Notes under the pieces: generated by a model
What the model saw: only the letters and a program-made list of their open reading frames with translations
What the model was told of the DNA's origin: nothing
Databases searched by the model: none
Made by a program: the position numbers and the translations under genes
From: an uncultured virus (IMG/VR IMGVR_UViG_3300030380_005539)
Taxonomy: Duplodnaviria > Heunggongvirae > Uroviricota > Caudoviricetes
Length of the DNA stretch: 64,000 nt
Virus record (IMG/VR): IMGVR_UViG_3300030380_005539
Location: 62,001 to 126,000 of that record
Strand: one strand, 5' to 3'
In this document: positions 26,767 through 37,237 of the stretch, piece by piece
Layout: the number at the start of each line of letters is the position of its first letter
Position numbering within the stretch: the stretch's first letter is position 1

Positions 26767-29700
26767 ATGGGATTTCCTAAAAAAATAAGTCAATTACCCT
26801 TAAATTTAAATTTAAAACCTGAAGATTTATTGGTAACTGTAAATGAAAATGATGTAACTTCTAAAATTGAGTTAACTCAAGTGATTAGTTTTTTAACTGG
26901 TAGTACAAATACTTTTGTTACTGGCGGTACATATAATGATATAACAAAAAACATAGATTTTATTGGTACGGATGGGTTTCCACCTTTTAGTGTTAGTTTA
27001 AGTGGAATAAGTGACACATTTGTTAGTGGTGCGACTTTGAGTGGTGCGACTTTAATATTAAGTAGAACAGATGATGATGAAATAAGTGTAGACTTAAGTT
27101 CTTTTACTGCAGATACAAATACTTTTATTACTGGTACAACTTTAATAGGTACTCAATACACTATAAATGAGAATAATGGGGCTTCCTACCCTACTGATTT
27201 TAATCCTATTGTTAGTGGTAAAGTAGATACTTCACTATTCGATACGTATAGTGCTAATACTCAAACAGAAATTAATAATAAATTAGATACAACTGTTTTC
27301 AACACTTATAGTGGTAATACACAAACAGAGATTAATAATAAGTTAAATATTACTACTTTTGACACATATACGGCAAACACCGTAGATAACAATACTTTTA
27401 TTACTGGTACAACGTTAGTTGGTACGGAGTATACTATTAACGAAAATAATGGATCTGCATTTACTACCAATTTTGAAAGTATAGTTAGTGGTAAAGTAGA
27501 CACTTCGCTATTTGATACGTATAGTGCTAATACTCAAACAGAAATTAACAATAAGTTAGATACAACTGTTTTTAATACTTATTCTGGACTAACTCAAACT
27601 GAAATTAACAATAAATTAGATACTAGTATATTCGACACATATACGGCAAATACTGTAGATAATAATACTTTTATTACTGGTACAACGTTAGTTGGTACGG
27701 AGTATACTATAAATCAAAATAATGGATCTGCGTTTACTACCAATTTTGAAAGTATAGTTAGTGGTAAAGTAGATACTTCACTATTCGATACTTATACTGG
27801 GGATACTCAAACTGAAATTAATAATAAATTAGATACTACTACCTTTAATAGTTATAGTGCTATTACTGATATGTTAATAGGTACTAAGTTAGATACAACT
27901 GTTTTTAATACTTATTCTGGACTAACTCAAACTGAAATTAACAACAAGTTAAATATTACTACTTTTGATACTTATACCGCCAATACTTCGGATAATAATA
28001 CTTTTATTACTGGAACTACTTTAATAGGAACTGAATACACTATAAATGAAAATAATGGATCTGCATTTACTACCAATTTTGATAGTATAGTTAGTGGTAA
28101 AGTAGATACTTCACTATTCGATACTTATACGGCAAATACCGTAGATAACAATACGTTTGTTAATAGTGGTAGTGCCAATGCTGGAACACAACAATTAACA
28201 TTTACAAATACAACTGGTGGTACATTTAATGTCACAAACGCCGCAGCCTTATTTACCGATAACGATGTTAATGTAACTGGTGGTACATATGATAATAATA
28301 CTGGATGTGTGACATTTAGAACTAATAGTGGATCAACGTTTCCTATTTGTGGATTTGTTACAGGATTAACTGATACGTTTGTAACTGGAGGTACATTATC
28401 GGGAACTGATTTAATATTAGAAAAAAGTAACGGTATAGATGTAAATAGTATAGATTTATCTACCCTAATAAGTGGTAAATTAGATACTACTTTATTCAAT
28501 ACATACAGTTCTACAACTCAAACAGAAATTAACAATAAATTAGATACTACCACATTCGATACATATACGGCAAATACTTCGGATAATAATACTTTTATTA
28601 CTGGTACAACTTTAATAGGAACTCAATATACCATCAATGAGAATAATGGATCTGCCTTTACGACTAATTTTGAAAGTATAGTTAGTGGTAAAGTAGATAC
28701 AACATTGTTTGACACATATAGTGGTAATACACAAACAGAAATTAACAATAAATTAGATACTAGCACATTCGATACATATACGGCAAATACGGTAGATAAT
28801 AATACTTTCATTACCGGCACAACCTTAGTTGGTACTCAATACACTATAAATGAGAATAATGGATCTGCATTTACTACCAATTTTGAAAGTATAGTTAGTG
28901 GTAAAGTAGATACAACATTGTTTGATACATATAGTTCCACAACTCAAACAGAAATTAACAATAAATTAGATACTACCACATTCGATACATATACTGCAAA
29001 TACGGTAGATAATAATACTTTTATTACTGGAACTACTTTAATAGGAACTGAATACACTATAAATGAAAATAATGGGTCTGCGTTTACGACTAATTTTGAA
29101 AGTATAGTTAGTGGTAAAGTAGATACTTCACTATTCGATACGTATAGTTCCACAACTCAAACTGAAATTAATAATAAGTTAGATACTACATTATTTGACA
29201 CATATACGGCAAATACTGTAGATAATAATACTTTCATTACCGGCACAACTTTAATAGGGACTGAATATACGATTAATGAAAATAATGGATCCGCCTTTAC
29301 GACTAATTTTGATAGTATAGTTAGTGGTAAAGTAGATACAACATTGTTTGATACATATACGGCAAATACTATAGATAATAATACATTTGTTACTGGCGGT
29401 ACACTAAGTGGTGCTACTTTAGTATTAGATAGAACTGATGATGGTAAAGTAAGTGTAAACTTAAGTGCATTATCAGGAGGAACTGGAGGTGGTGATATAA
29501 ATACAGGTAATGTATTATGGGTAGATTCTATATTTGGTGATGATGCGACTGCACTTACTAATAGACAAGATAAACCTTATTTAACTATAGAACAAGCATT
29601 AAATGATTCAACAAATGGTGATACTGTAATAGTAAGACCAGGTGAATATGATGAAGAAGAATTAGTTGTACCACAAGGAGTTTCTTTAGTTAGTGAAGGT

Positions 29701-32295
29701 GGTTGGGAAGTGACAATAATTGGTAAAGCACCGGCAACCGCATCTAGAGACATTGTAGAATTAAATCAAGATTCATTTATAGATGGGTTTAGTATTAATG
29801 TACCACAAGGAAGTTTAAATGGTATAATTGCATCCAATAGTAGTGGGACATCTACTGCAAACAATATTACATTCTATGGTAATGGTGGTGCAGGTAGTAG
29901 TGGTACTGGTTTATTTAAAACAGGTGGTGGTAAATTAATAGGTATCTCAATTAGAGTAGAAGGTGGGGGGATGTCTAATTGTTTAAAAGTAGATTCAGGT
30001 ACTTTAGCATTAGAAGGAGTTCACGTACCACAATCTACTGGTGATATTGATAATGTGTTATTGGTAACCACTTCGGGTGGTACTAATGCGGGTAGAGCAC
30101 AAATGGTAGGGTTTAATTGTGGAAACACTAATGTAACTAACGCAATTAGAACTGAAGGTGGTAGTTCAGGAGTAATACCAGTGGCAAAAATATTTACACC
30201 TAATATAGCAAATTCAACTAACGCATTAAGTGCATCAGGAGATTATGAAGAAATTAATTTATTAGGGGGTTCATTAGAAAATGTAACTTATTCAGTAAAA
30301 GTAGATTTAACTGGTACAGGTATAGATGCATCATATAGAATAACATCTAATCACCAACCAAATTATATTTATCCACCGGCAGTAGCATATACTGCAGAGT
30401 TTGGTTTGGATTTTACACAAGAATCTACAGATGTATTCAATTCAAGTAAAAATTTATTTGGTTTAGATCAAATGAGTTTAGGGTTTGCTGAAAGAGGAAC
30501 GGAAATGAATGTAGGTAGAGGTGCACCTTCTACTGTAGGTATGAAGATATTTACCACAGATAATACTGCAAGTAGTGTTAGTGATGGAGGTAATTTTATT
30601 GATGTTACAGATGATGCAGAATCCAAAGAGGGTAGTACTATAACTTTTCAGAGTGGGGGGACTGGAACTACCATTTTATTTACTACACGAAGAGTTAGTA
30701 GTGATTTAACAACACCACTAAAATTTTATGGGTTAGATATAAATGTATTACAGAAAAAAGTTGGTGGTGATTACGTATTTGAATATTGGAATGGTACAGA
30801 ATGGAAAAGGGATTTATGGCATATACACTCAGAAGATTTAGGTTATAGTTATGGTAATGATTTATTTTTAAGAAGTCAGAGTAATGAAAATATTAGTTTT
30901 GAACTTAGTAAAGATTCAGCAAATTTAGAACCAAATAATGATCCTTGGTCAGCTAAGACTATAAATGGTGTTAATGGTTATTGGATGAGATGTAGAATGA
31001 TATCTACGGGAACAACTAAACCTACTATCGAACAAGTTAAAATAATTTATGACAGTAGTACAATAAGTAAAGAAGGTGTATTATCATTTAATGGTAGATC
31101 ACTACATAAAGAAGAAATAAATTTATTTATGGGCACATGGAGTGATCCAGCAGCAGACTTAGCAAATTTTAGTGTTACAGTTGGTGATGGAACAGGCGCA
31201 GAAACTTGGACACAACAGTTTTTAGAAGCACAATTTGCTACTAATGGTGACTTTGGTACTTTCCTTATGAAAATACCACAAGGAATTAGTACTTCTCAAA
31301 GAGTTAAAGTAAAAATAACTTATATTTTATCGGGTACCGGTGATGAGGATACACCATCAGAAATGAGATTATCATTCTTACCTGTAGAGGTGGGTAATGT
31401 TCTTATTGCAGATTCAGATGGTGGTAAAACGCCTATACCTAGATCACCGCAAAATGTTACACCATTTAATACTTATCCAGCGGAAATTGTGGAAATTGAT
31501 ACTGATTTTGGTGAAAATATAGTTTTACAGTCCACTGTTGGTACATTTGATATATCGAATTATTATGAAGGCGATATAATTCTTTTTAGATTAGAACATA
31601 TACAAGCCACAACTATTAATTTAATATCTTTTGATTTAGAAGTTTCTAAATGGAGTTTAGGTAAACAAGCACAACCTTTAGTGGTGGATACACAAATTCT
31701 ATTAGAGGAAGATTGGAGTGATTTAGGTGTAGCGAATGGTTGGGTATTCAGACAACCATCATCTACTGCAGGATCTCCACAAAATATATGGACAGTTAGT
31801 AGTGACACTTCTAGAACTGGTAGTAATTCAGCTTATATAAGTGATGAAACTTGGGCTGGTGGTGTACCACCGTATCAGTATGATGAAACTGGAGATGAAA
31901 TAAATTCTTATATGTATGTAGATTTTGATGTCCCATCTAGTTGTATTGCATTAACAGTTAGCTTTTATTGGACATGTGTAGGTGAGTCTTCGTTTGATTA
32001 TGGAATGGTTGGATTGGCACCTACAACATTTACACCACGTGACGATGGCGAAGAAGGTGATTTTGAAGACTACGAAATGGGTGGTGGAACCGGTAATCGT
32101 TTAAATACTAGTTATGTGGCAGGTGCAACTGAGGGTAACTGGCAATTGGAGACAATATCAGTACCTACTACTTTATGGACTCCTGGTGAACAAGCTAGAT
32201 TTATGTTAAGGTGGAGAAATGATGGTACTGTTGGATCTCAACCACCAATTGCAATAGATGATATAACAATAACGTCACAATTTATCGTTACTTAA
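26767..32295 (+). CDS. Repeat-rich tail fibre/spike with beta-helix and C-terminal adhesin-like domain
   Basis: KKISQLP start; long repeat stalk; VLWVD..FGDD...KPYLTIEQAL...GDTVIVRPGEY (beta-helix cap); C-terminal ...RWRNDG..G.QPPIAIDDI. Confidence 0.75.
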   Translation: MGFPKKISQLPLNLNLKPEDLLVTVNENDVTSKIELTQVISFLTGSTNTFVTGGTYNDITKNIDFIGTDGFPPFSVSLSGISDTFVSGATLSGATLILSRTDDDEISVDLSSFTADTNTFITGTTLIGTQYTINENNGASYPTDFNPIVSGKVDTSLFDTYSANTQTEINNKLDTTVFNTYSGNTQTEINNKLNITTFDTYTANTVDNNTFITGTTLVGTEYTINENNGSAFTTNFESIVSGKVDTSLFDTYSANTQTEINNKLDTTVFNTYSGLTQTEINNKLDTSIFDTYTANTVDNNTFITGTTLVGTEYTINQNNGSAFTTNFESIVSGKVDTSLFDTYTGDTQTEINNKLDTTTFNSYSAITDMLIGTKLDTTVFNTYSGLTQTEINNKLNITTFDTYTANTSDNNTFITGTTLIGTEYTINENNGSAFTTNFDSIVSGKVDTSLFDTYTANTVDNNTFVNSGSANAGTQQLTFTNTTGGTFNVTNAAALFTDNDVNVTGGTYDNNTGCVTFRTNSGSTFPICGFVTGLTDTFVTGGTLSGTDLILEKSNGIDVNSIDLSTLISGKLDTTLFNTYSSTTQTEINNKLDTTTFDTYTANTSDNNTFITGTTLIGTQYTINENNGSAFTTNFESIVSGKVDTTLFDTYSGNTQTEINNKLDTSTFDTYTANTVDNNTFITGTTLVGTQYTINENNGSAFTTNFESIVSGKVDTTLFDTYSSTTQTEINNKLDTTTFDTYTANTVDNNTFITGTTLIGTEYTINENNGSAFTTNFESIVSGKVDTSLFDTYSSTTQTEINNKLDTTLFDTYTANTVDNNTFITGTTLIGTEYTINENNGSAFTTNFDSIVSGKVDTTLFDTYTANTIDNNTFVTGGTLSGATLVLDRTDDGKVSVNLSALSGGTGGGDINTGNVLWVDSIFGDDATALTNRQDKPYLTIEQALNDSTNGDTVIVRPGEYDEEELVVPQGVSLVSEGGWEVTIIGKAPATASRDIVELNQDSFIDGFSINVPQGSLNGIIASNSSGTSTANNITFYGNGGAGSSGTGLFKTGGGKLIGISIRVEGGGMSNCLKVDSGTLALEGVHVPQSTGDIDNVLLVTTSGGTNAGRAQMVGFNCGNTNVTNAIRTEGGSSGVIPVAKIFTPNIANSTNALSASGDYEEINLLGGSLENVTYSVKVDLTGTGIDASYRITSNHQPNYIYPPAVAYTAEFGLDFTQESTDVFNSSKNLFGLDQMSLGFAERGTEMNVGRGAPSTVGMKIFTTDNTASSVSDGGNFIDVTDDAESKEGSTITFQSGGTGTTILFTTRRVSSDLTTPLKFYGLDINVLQKKVGGDYVFEYWNGTEWKRDLWHIHSEDLGYSYGNDLFLRSQSNENISFELSKDSANLEPNNDPWSAKTINGVNGYWMRCRMISTGTTKPTIEQVKIIYDSSTISKEGVLSFNGRSLHKEEINLFMGTWSDPAADLANFSVTVGDGTGAETWTQQFLEAQFATNGDFGTFLMKIPQGISTSQRVKVKITYILSGTGDEDTPSEMRLSFLPVEVGNVLIADSDGGKTPIPRSPQNVTPFNTYPAEIVEIDTDFGENIVLQSTVGTFDISNYYEGDIILFRLEHIQATTINLISFDLEVSKWSLGKQAQPLVVDTQILLEEDWSDLGVANGWVFRQPSSTAGSPQNIWTVSSDTSRTGSNSAYISDETWAGGVPPYQYDETGDEINSYMYVDFDVPSSCIALTVSFYWTCVGESSFDYGMVGLAPTTFTPRDDGEEGDFEDYEMGGGTGNRLNTSYVAGATEGNWQLETISVPTTLWTPGEQARFMLRWRNDGTVGSQPPIAIDDITITSQFIVT
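27110..29400 (+). repeat. Coding tandem repeats (NTFITGTTL.GT.YTINENNGSAFTTNF.SIVSGKVDT.LFDTY and TQTEINNKLDT)
   Basis: About eight long units plus a variable number of short units, with mostly third-position divergence. Confidence 0.95.
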
Positions 32296-32296
32296 T

Positions 32297-32665
32297 ATGG
32301 AATTTTTTATAAATCAAAATAGTACTTTACCACCACTAAAAATGGAATTAATAAATGATGGTAGAAATGATTTCAAAAAGTTTTTTGAAAAAATACAAAA
32401 TGCAACTATTAAATTTAATATGTATGATGTAGATAATAAAGTTAAAAGAATCGCCAATTCACCGGCAGATATTGAATTAAAATGTGAATCTTGTGATATA
32501 GGTGGAGATGAAAACGAATATTATATTGTATATAATTGGAGAAATAGGGATACTAAAAAAGTTGGTAAATTTAACGGTGAATTTATTATAGAATTTTTAG
32601 ACGGTACGGGAACATTAATTGCACCAATTAGAGACAAATTATTTATTAATGTCTTAGAAGTTTGA
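32297..32665 (+). CDS. BppU-like (baseplate upper protein N-terminal) domain protein
   Basis: FFINQNSTLP.L...ATIKFNM...VYNW...DT...G.F.GEF.I.F.DG pattern. Confidence 0.6.
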   Translation: MEFFINQNSTLPPLKMELINDGRNDFKKFFEKIQNATIKFNMYDVDNKVKRIANSPADIELKCESCDIGGDENEYYIVYNWRNRDTKKVGKFNGEFIIEFLDGTGTLIAPIRDKLFINVLEV

Positions 32666-32691
32666 TAATTACATTTTTTTTCGTATATTTG
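32661..32691 (+). promoter_or_regulatory. Bacteroidota sigma-A consensus promoter for the DNA polymerase gene
   Basis: Exact TTTG (32661-64)-N19-TATATTTG (32684-91), 24 nt before the ATG. Confidence 0.8.
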
Positions 32692-32715
32692 TAATAATAA
32701 TTAATATTATATAAT

Positions 32716-35670
32716 ATGCCTGCAACTGTAAAAGAAATTGAAACATACTTAGAAGGATATGACGATCAGAAATATATTGTAGGGGTTGAGTCTTCTTATA
32801 AGGAGAATAAAATAAGTCTAATAATTCACGACCCTGAAAACGGAAAACGTATTGAAAAACATAGGTTAAAACCTTTTTTATGGATGAAGTCTCCTAATAT
32901 GACTGTTTTTTATAAAGGTGATAGAAGGAAGATAAAAGATAAAATGAAAGAGTATAAAGTTAAGTTTATACCACTAAATATTAATGACGAAAATAATGAG
33001 GTAGTTGAGAGGTTAGAATTAGGTTATAAGTTTTTAGTAAGATGTAAGGGTACATATGGTGATTTATTAAAGTTTTTTCAAGAAGGTGGTACACCAGTAT
33101 ATAGTGAAGAACATAGAGATAATTTTTTAGCAATCAACCCAACAGAACAATTTCTTATACAAACAGGTAAACGATTATTTAAAGGTTTTGAAAATTATGA
33201 TGATATACATCGTTTATCCTTTGATATTGAGACTACTAGTTTAGATCCATCAGATGGTAGGATTTTTCAAATAGGTATAAAAGATAATAGAGGATTTCAA
33301 CATGTATTATCTATAGAAGGTGGGACAAGAAGAGAATTAAGGGAAAGGGAAAGAGAAGCTATTATAACTTTTTTCAAAATTATAGATCACCTTAAACCAG
33401 CAATTATTGCGGGATATAACTCAGAAAATTTTGACTGGTATTATATAGTTAAAAGGGCACAACTATTAAGATTAGAAATAGGACAAATTGCTAAAACATT
33501 AGGTAATATTCCTTTCTATAGAAAAAAACAGAGTTTAAAAATGGGTCCTGAGATGGAGTATTATGAACAAACTGTTATGTGGGGTTATAATATAATGGAT
33601 GTATATCATGCGGTTAGAAGGGCACAAGCAATTAATTCATCAATTAAACAAGCAAGTCTTAAATACATTACTAAGTATTCTAATGCGGCAAAACCTAATA
33701 GGGTTTATATTCCAGGCGATAAGATTAGTAAAGTATGGGAAGATGTAGATAATAAGTATTGGTTTATAGAAGAAAATGGAGAGTGGGGTATAGTTAGTGG
33801 TGATTTACCAGATAATAGTAAACAAGTTACTGGTAAATATATTGTAGAAAGATATCTAATAGATGATTTATGGGAAACCGAAAAGGTAGATAATATATTT
33901 AATCAAGCAACCTTTCTTTTATCGAAGATATTACCTACTTCATTTATGAGATCATCAACTATGGGTACGGCAGCCACATGGAAACTATTAATGTTAGGGT
34001 GGTCTTACCATAATGGGTTAGGTATACCACATACTATGCCGACTAAAGGTTTTACTGGTGGATTATCTAGACTATTAGAGGTAGGGTTTACAGAAAATGT
34101 AGTGAAGTTTGACTTTGCATCTCTATACCCATCTATTCAATTAACACACAATGTTTTTACTGAGTGTGATGTCACAGGAGCAATGAGAGGATTACTTCAA
34201 TATAATTACGATTATCGTAATTTATATAAAGAGTTAAAATCTAAACACGCTAAATTAGGTGAAAAAGAAAAATCAGAATATTATGATAAAAAACAATTAC
34301 CATTAAAAATATTAAATAATGGTATGTTCGGTTCTATATCTGCACCTAATGTATTTCCTTGGGGTGATAGTAATATGGGGGAAAAGATTACTTGTACTGG
34401 TAGACAATACTTAAGACATATGATAAGATTCTTTAATAAAAAAGGATTTAGACCTTTAGTAGGTGATACTGATGGATTTAACTTTTCTATACCACAGTAT
34501 GTAGAAGATAATATATATACTTCTAATGGTAATCATAGATTTAATGAGACAGGTAAAACGTATAGAGGGTTAGATGCCGTTGTGGCAGAATATAATGACA
34601 AGTATATGAAAGGGGTAATGGGATTAGATGTAGATGAAATATGTGAATCAACTATTAATTTAGCTCGTAAAAATTATGCAGATTTAATCGATGGAAAAGT
34701 AAAATTAGTAGGTAACACTATTAAATCTAAAAAATTACCTACGTACATTGCGGAATTTATAGATGTGGGTATTCACATGTTATTAAAAGGTAAGGGATAC
34801 GAATTTGTTAATGAATATTATGACACAATAGAAAAGATATATAATCAAGAAGTACCACTTTCTAAAATTGCTAATAAATCAAGAGTTAGAATGTCGGTTA
34901 AAGATTATGAAAAAAGATCATTACAATTAAATGTTGCTGGTAACCCATTACCTAAACAAGCACATATGGAATTAATTATAAAAGAAGGATTAACTGTAGA
35001 TTTAGGTGATACTATTTATTACGTTAATACTGGTACAAAAAAGTCACACGGTGACGTACAAAAAGTTAATAAACCAAAGAAAGGGTGGAGTGAAAGTCAG
35101 ATGGATATGTTTGCCAAAGAAGGTAAAAATTATGAAGAAAAAAAGAATACCCTTTTAAAAAATGGGTGGGAGATGTCATGGTCTGAAGATAATTGGGTTC
35201 GTAGTAATTCAAAAAATAAAGAAGCCAACACTGGTATATCAACTGATCAAGCATACGGAACTCTTATGGGTGACTCTATAGTTAAACTTAATTGTAGATT
35301 AATACCTAATGATGTAATAGAAAATAATCCTGACGCTACAGGTGAATATAATATAGAAAGGTATATAGATGCATTTAACAAAAGAATAAAACCCTTATTA
35401 GTATGTTTCTCACCGGAAGTAAGAGACGATATTTTAATTACTACACCTTTAGATAGACAATATTTCACTCAAAAACAATTAACTTTGACTTCTGGACAAC
35501 CTATGAAAGAAGGTGATCAAGATACAATAGAGGATTTATTAACTATAACTAATGAAGAAAGGTTGTTTTGGGATTTAATAAACTTATCCCCAACATATAT
35601 GTTCGAAGAATACAATATTGTAGATGAAAATTGTTTAGATAACAAACAGTCCGAGAGGTCTATATTGTAA
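32716..35670 (+). CDS. polB: DNA polymerase, family B, with 3'-5' exonuclease
   Basis: ExoI FDIET, ExoII GYNSENFD, ExoIII YLIDD; motif A DFASLYPS, motif B KILNNGMFG, motif C GDTDG. Confidence 0.95.
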   Translation: MPATVKEIETYLEGYDDQKYIVGVESSYKENKISLIIHDPENGKRIEKHRLKPFLWMKSPNMTVFYKGDRRKIKDKMKEYKVKFIPLNINDENNEVVERLELGYKFLVRCKGTYGDLLKFFQEGGTPVYSEEHRDNFLAINPTEQFLIQTGKRLFKGFENYDDIHRLSFDIETTSLDPSDGRIFQIGIKDNRGFQHVLSIEGGTRRELREREREAIITFFKIIDHLKPAIIAGYNSENFDWYYIVKRAQLLRLEIGQIAKTLGNIPFYRKKQSLKMGPEMEYYEQTVMWGYNIMDVYHAVRRAQAINSSIKQASLKYITKYSNAAKPNRVYIPGDKISKVWEDVDNKYWFIEENGEWGIVSGDLPDNSKQVTGKYIVERYLIDDLWETEKVDNIFNQATFLLSKILPTSFMRSSTMGTAATWKLLMLGWSYHNGLGIPHTMPTKGFTGGLSRLLEVGFTENVVKFDFASLYPSIQLTHNVFTECDVTGAMRGLLQYNYDYRNLYKELKSKHAKLGEKEKSEYYDKKQLPLKILNNGMFGSISAPNVFPWGDSNMGEKITCTGRQYLRHMIRFFNKKGFRPLVGDTDGFNFSIPQYVEDNIYTSNGNHRFNETGKTYRGLDAVVAEYNDKYMKGVMGLDVDEICESTINLARKNYADLIDGKVKLVGNTIKSKKLPTYIAEFIDVGIHMLLKGKGYEFVNEYYDTIEKIYNQEVPLSKIANKSRVRMSVKDYEKRSLQLNVAGNPLPKQAHMELIIKEGLTVDLGDTIYYVNTGTKKSHGDVQKVNKPKKGWSESQMDMFAKEGKNYEEKKNTLLKNGWEMSWSEDNWVRSNSKNKEANTGISTDQAYGTLMGDSIVKLNCRLIPNDVIENNPDATGEYNIERYIDAFNKRIKPLLVCFSPEVRDDILITTPLDRQYFTQKQLTLTSGQPMKEGDQDTIEDLLTITNEERLFWDLINLSPTYMFEEYNIVDENCLDNKQSERSIL

Positions 35671-36785
35671 AGATTTATTTAAGTTTTCTGCCTCACCTGC
35701 TTTTAATTCTAATTGTTTAGCGTTACTTAATCTTTCTAATCTAGCATCCAAATCTTCTAATAATTTAGTTTGTTCTTCTTTACCTTCACTCAATAAACTG
35801 TCATAATCCATTGTTAATTCAGCATCTGGTACTTTTAATGCACCACTAAATTTACCTCTCACTCTACCTAAGGCTTCTTTAAATAATGCCGTTAGATATC
35901 TTCTAACCCAAACTCTTGTTGGTTCATTTAAATCAGAATACATTAATTTAGATAGTGGAACATCATTAGGTAATTTTATTATATCTTTATTCTCATTTAA
36001 ACATAAATTTAATTCATCTTCGGACATACCATTAGTATCATAATAATAATACCACACTTTAGTTCCCGCTAAACCTATCTGATTACCTATTAAACCGGCA
36101 GCACTAAAAGATAGTCTACTTCCTGGTATTGGCATTAAATGTAGTAATCTAGTACCGTTAGGTCCTGCAGTAACCTTATGAGTTAATTCACTTCTCAATA
36201 ACTTAGATTTTAAACTAAAATCAGAAGCTCTAAGTAATACGTCAAACGCAGGTGCAACATAAAATCCACCGTTACCTAATCCTCCACCTTGACCCCAACC
36301 AGCGTAAGGTACTTGTCCGAAACCACCACCAAAACCATAGTCTCCAAAACCCGCAAATGAATATAATGCATGATCAGTACTGTTTGGTGTTATCCATAAC
36401 ACTTCGTTAACTTCTCTACCACCAGGTATTTGGTAAACTTGTTGTCCCGCAACTATAGTTACATAATCTTTTTTCATTTCCCACGGACCTCTATCTTGTA
36501 AACCTACTTGTTTAGAATATGCGTACGAAAACCTACTTTCAAAATCTAGTGAACGAGTGGTTAGTGCAAAAGCAATATCAATATTATCTGCTTCGTTACC
36601 TAGTAAAGATGACCATTGGTTTTCTATTAACCAATCTTGTACTCTTTGTGCATAGTCTTCAATTGCAGTTTCTAATAATGAACACATTTGATCATTAATT
36701 CAATTTTTCTAATAGGTGCACCTAATCTATGCTTTATTAATGTGAATAATTCATCTTTTAATTTATCATTTAATGCATTTGCCAT
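35635..36785 (-). CDS. Neck/head-completion protein (T4 gp13-like), frameshifted near 36696
   Basis: Upstream frame MANALNDK...HRLGAPIRKIEL joins the downstream frame (N)DQMCSLLETAIEDY...WVRRYLTALFKEALGRVRGKF, giving the RLGAP..IEL..Q and W...Y..A..K...G..R.KF neck motifs. Confidence 0.75.
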
Positions 36786-36826
36786 AATTCTATGTATTTA
36801 TTTATAAATATTAAGATATTTATTAA

Positions 36827-37237
36827 ATGATGAAAAGAAACCTAATAAAAAAAATTTTAAGAGAAGAAACTACTTACGAAGTAGAAAAAAATCTTTTTCC
36901 TTATACTAAAACAGATACACATAGTTCTACTGATATTGCAGTAGGTTTAATGCATAAGGCAATGAATCATTTGGCTTCTGCACTTAGAGATATAGAATCT
37001 GCAATACAATTCGCCTATGAAGCGGACACCAATAATGAAGAACTTATTGAGGGATTAGAAGATATTAGAAAATCTTTACTTCATGGTAGTGGACAAGGTG
37101 CGGGATGGAATGGTACAGAAGAACATGATAATATAATTAATGAATTAGGTTCATTAATTGAAAAGTATAGTGACGGTAACGATAACTTTAATCTAAATGG
37201 TTCTCACGATCAGAAAGCTCCTGAAGGTACTCCTTAA
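36827..37237 (+). CDS. Hypothetical protein with LxE-type leader
   Basis: MMKRNLIKKILREE start; ATATTTAT at 36816-36823. Confidence 0.7.
   Translation: MMKRNLIKKILREETTYEVEKNLFPYTKTDTHSSTDIAVGLMHKAMNHLASALRDIESAIQFAYEADTNNEELIEGLEDIRKSLLHGSGQGAGWNGTEEHDNIINELGSLIEKYSDGNDNFNLNGSHDQKAPEGTP

Noticed and set aside
27110..29400. Possible CRISPR array
   Set aside because: Repeats are in-frame coding units with synonymous variation; there are no unique spacers and no cas genes.
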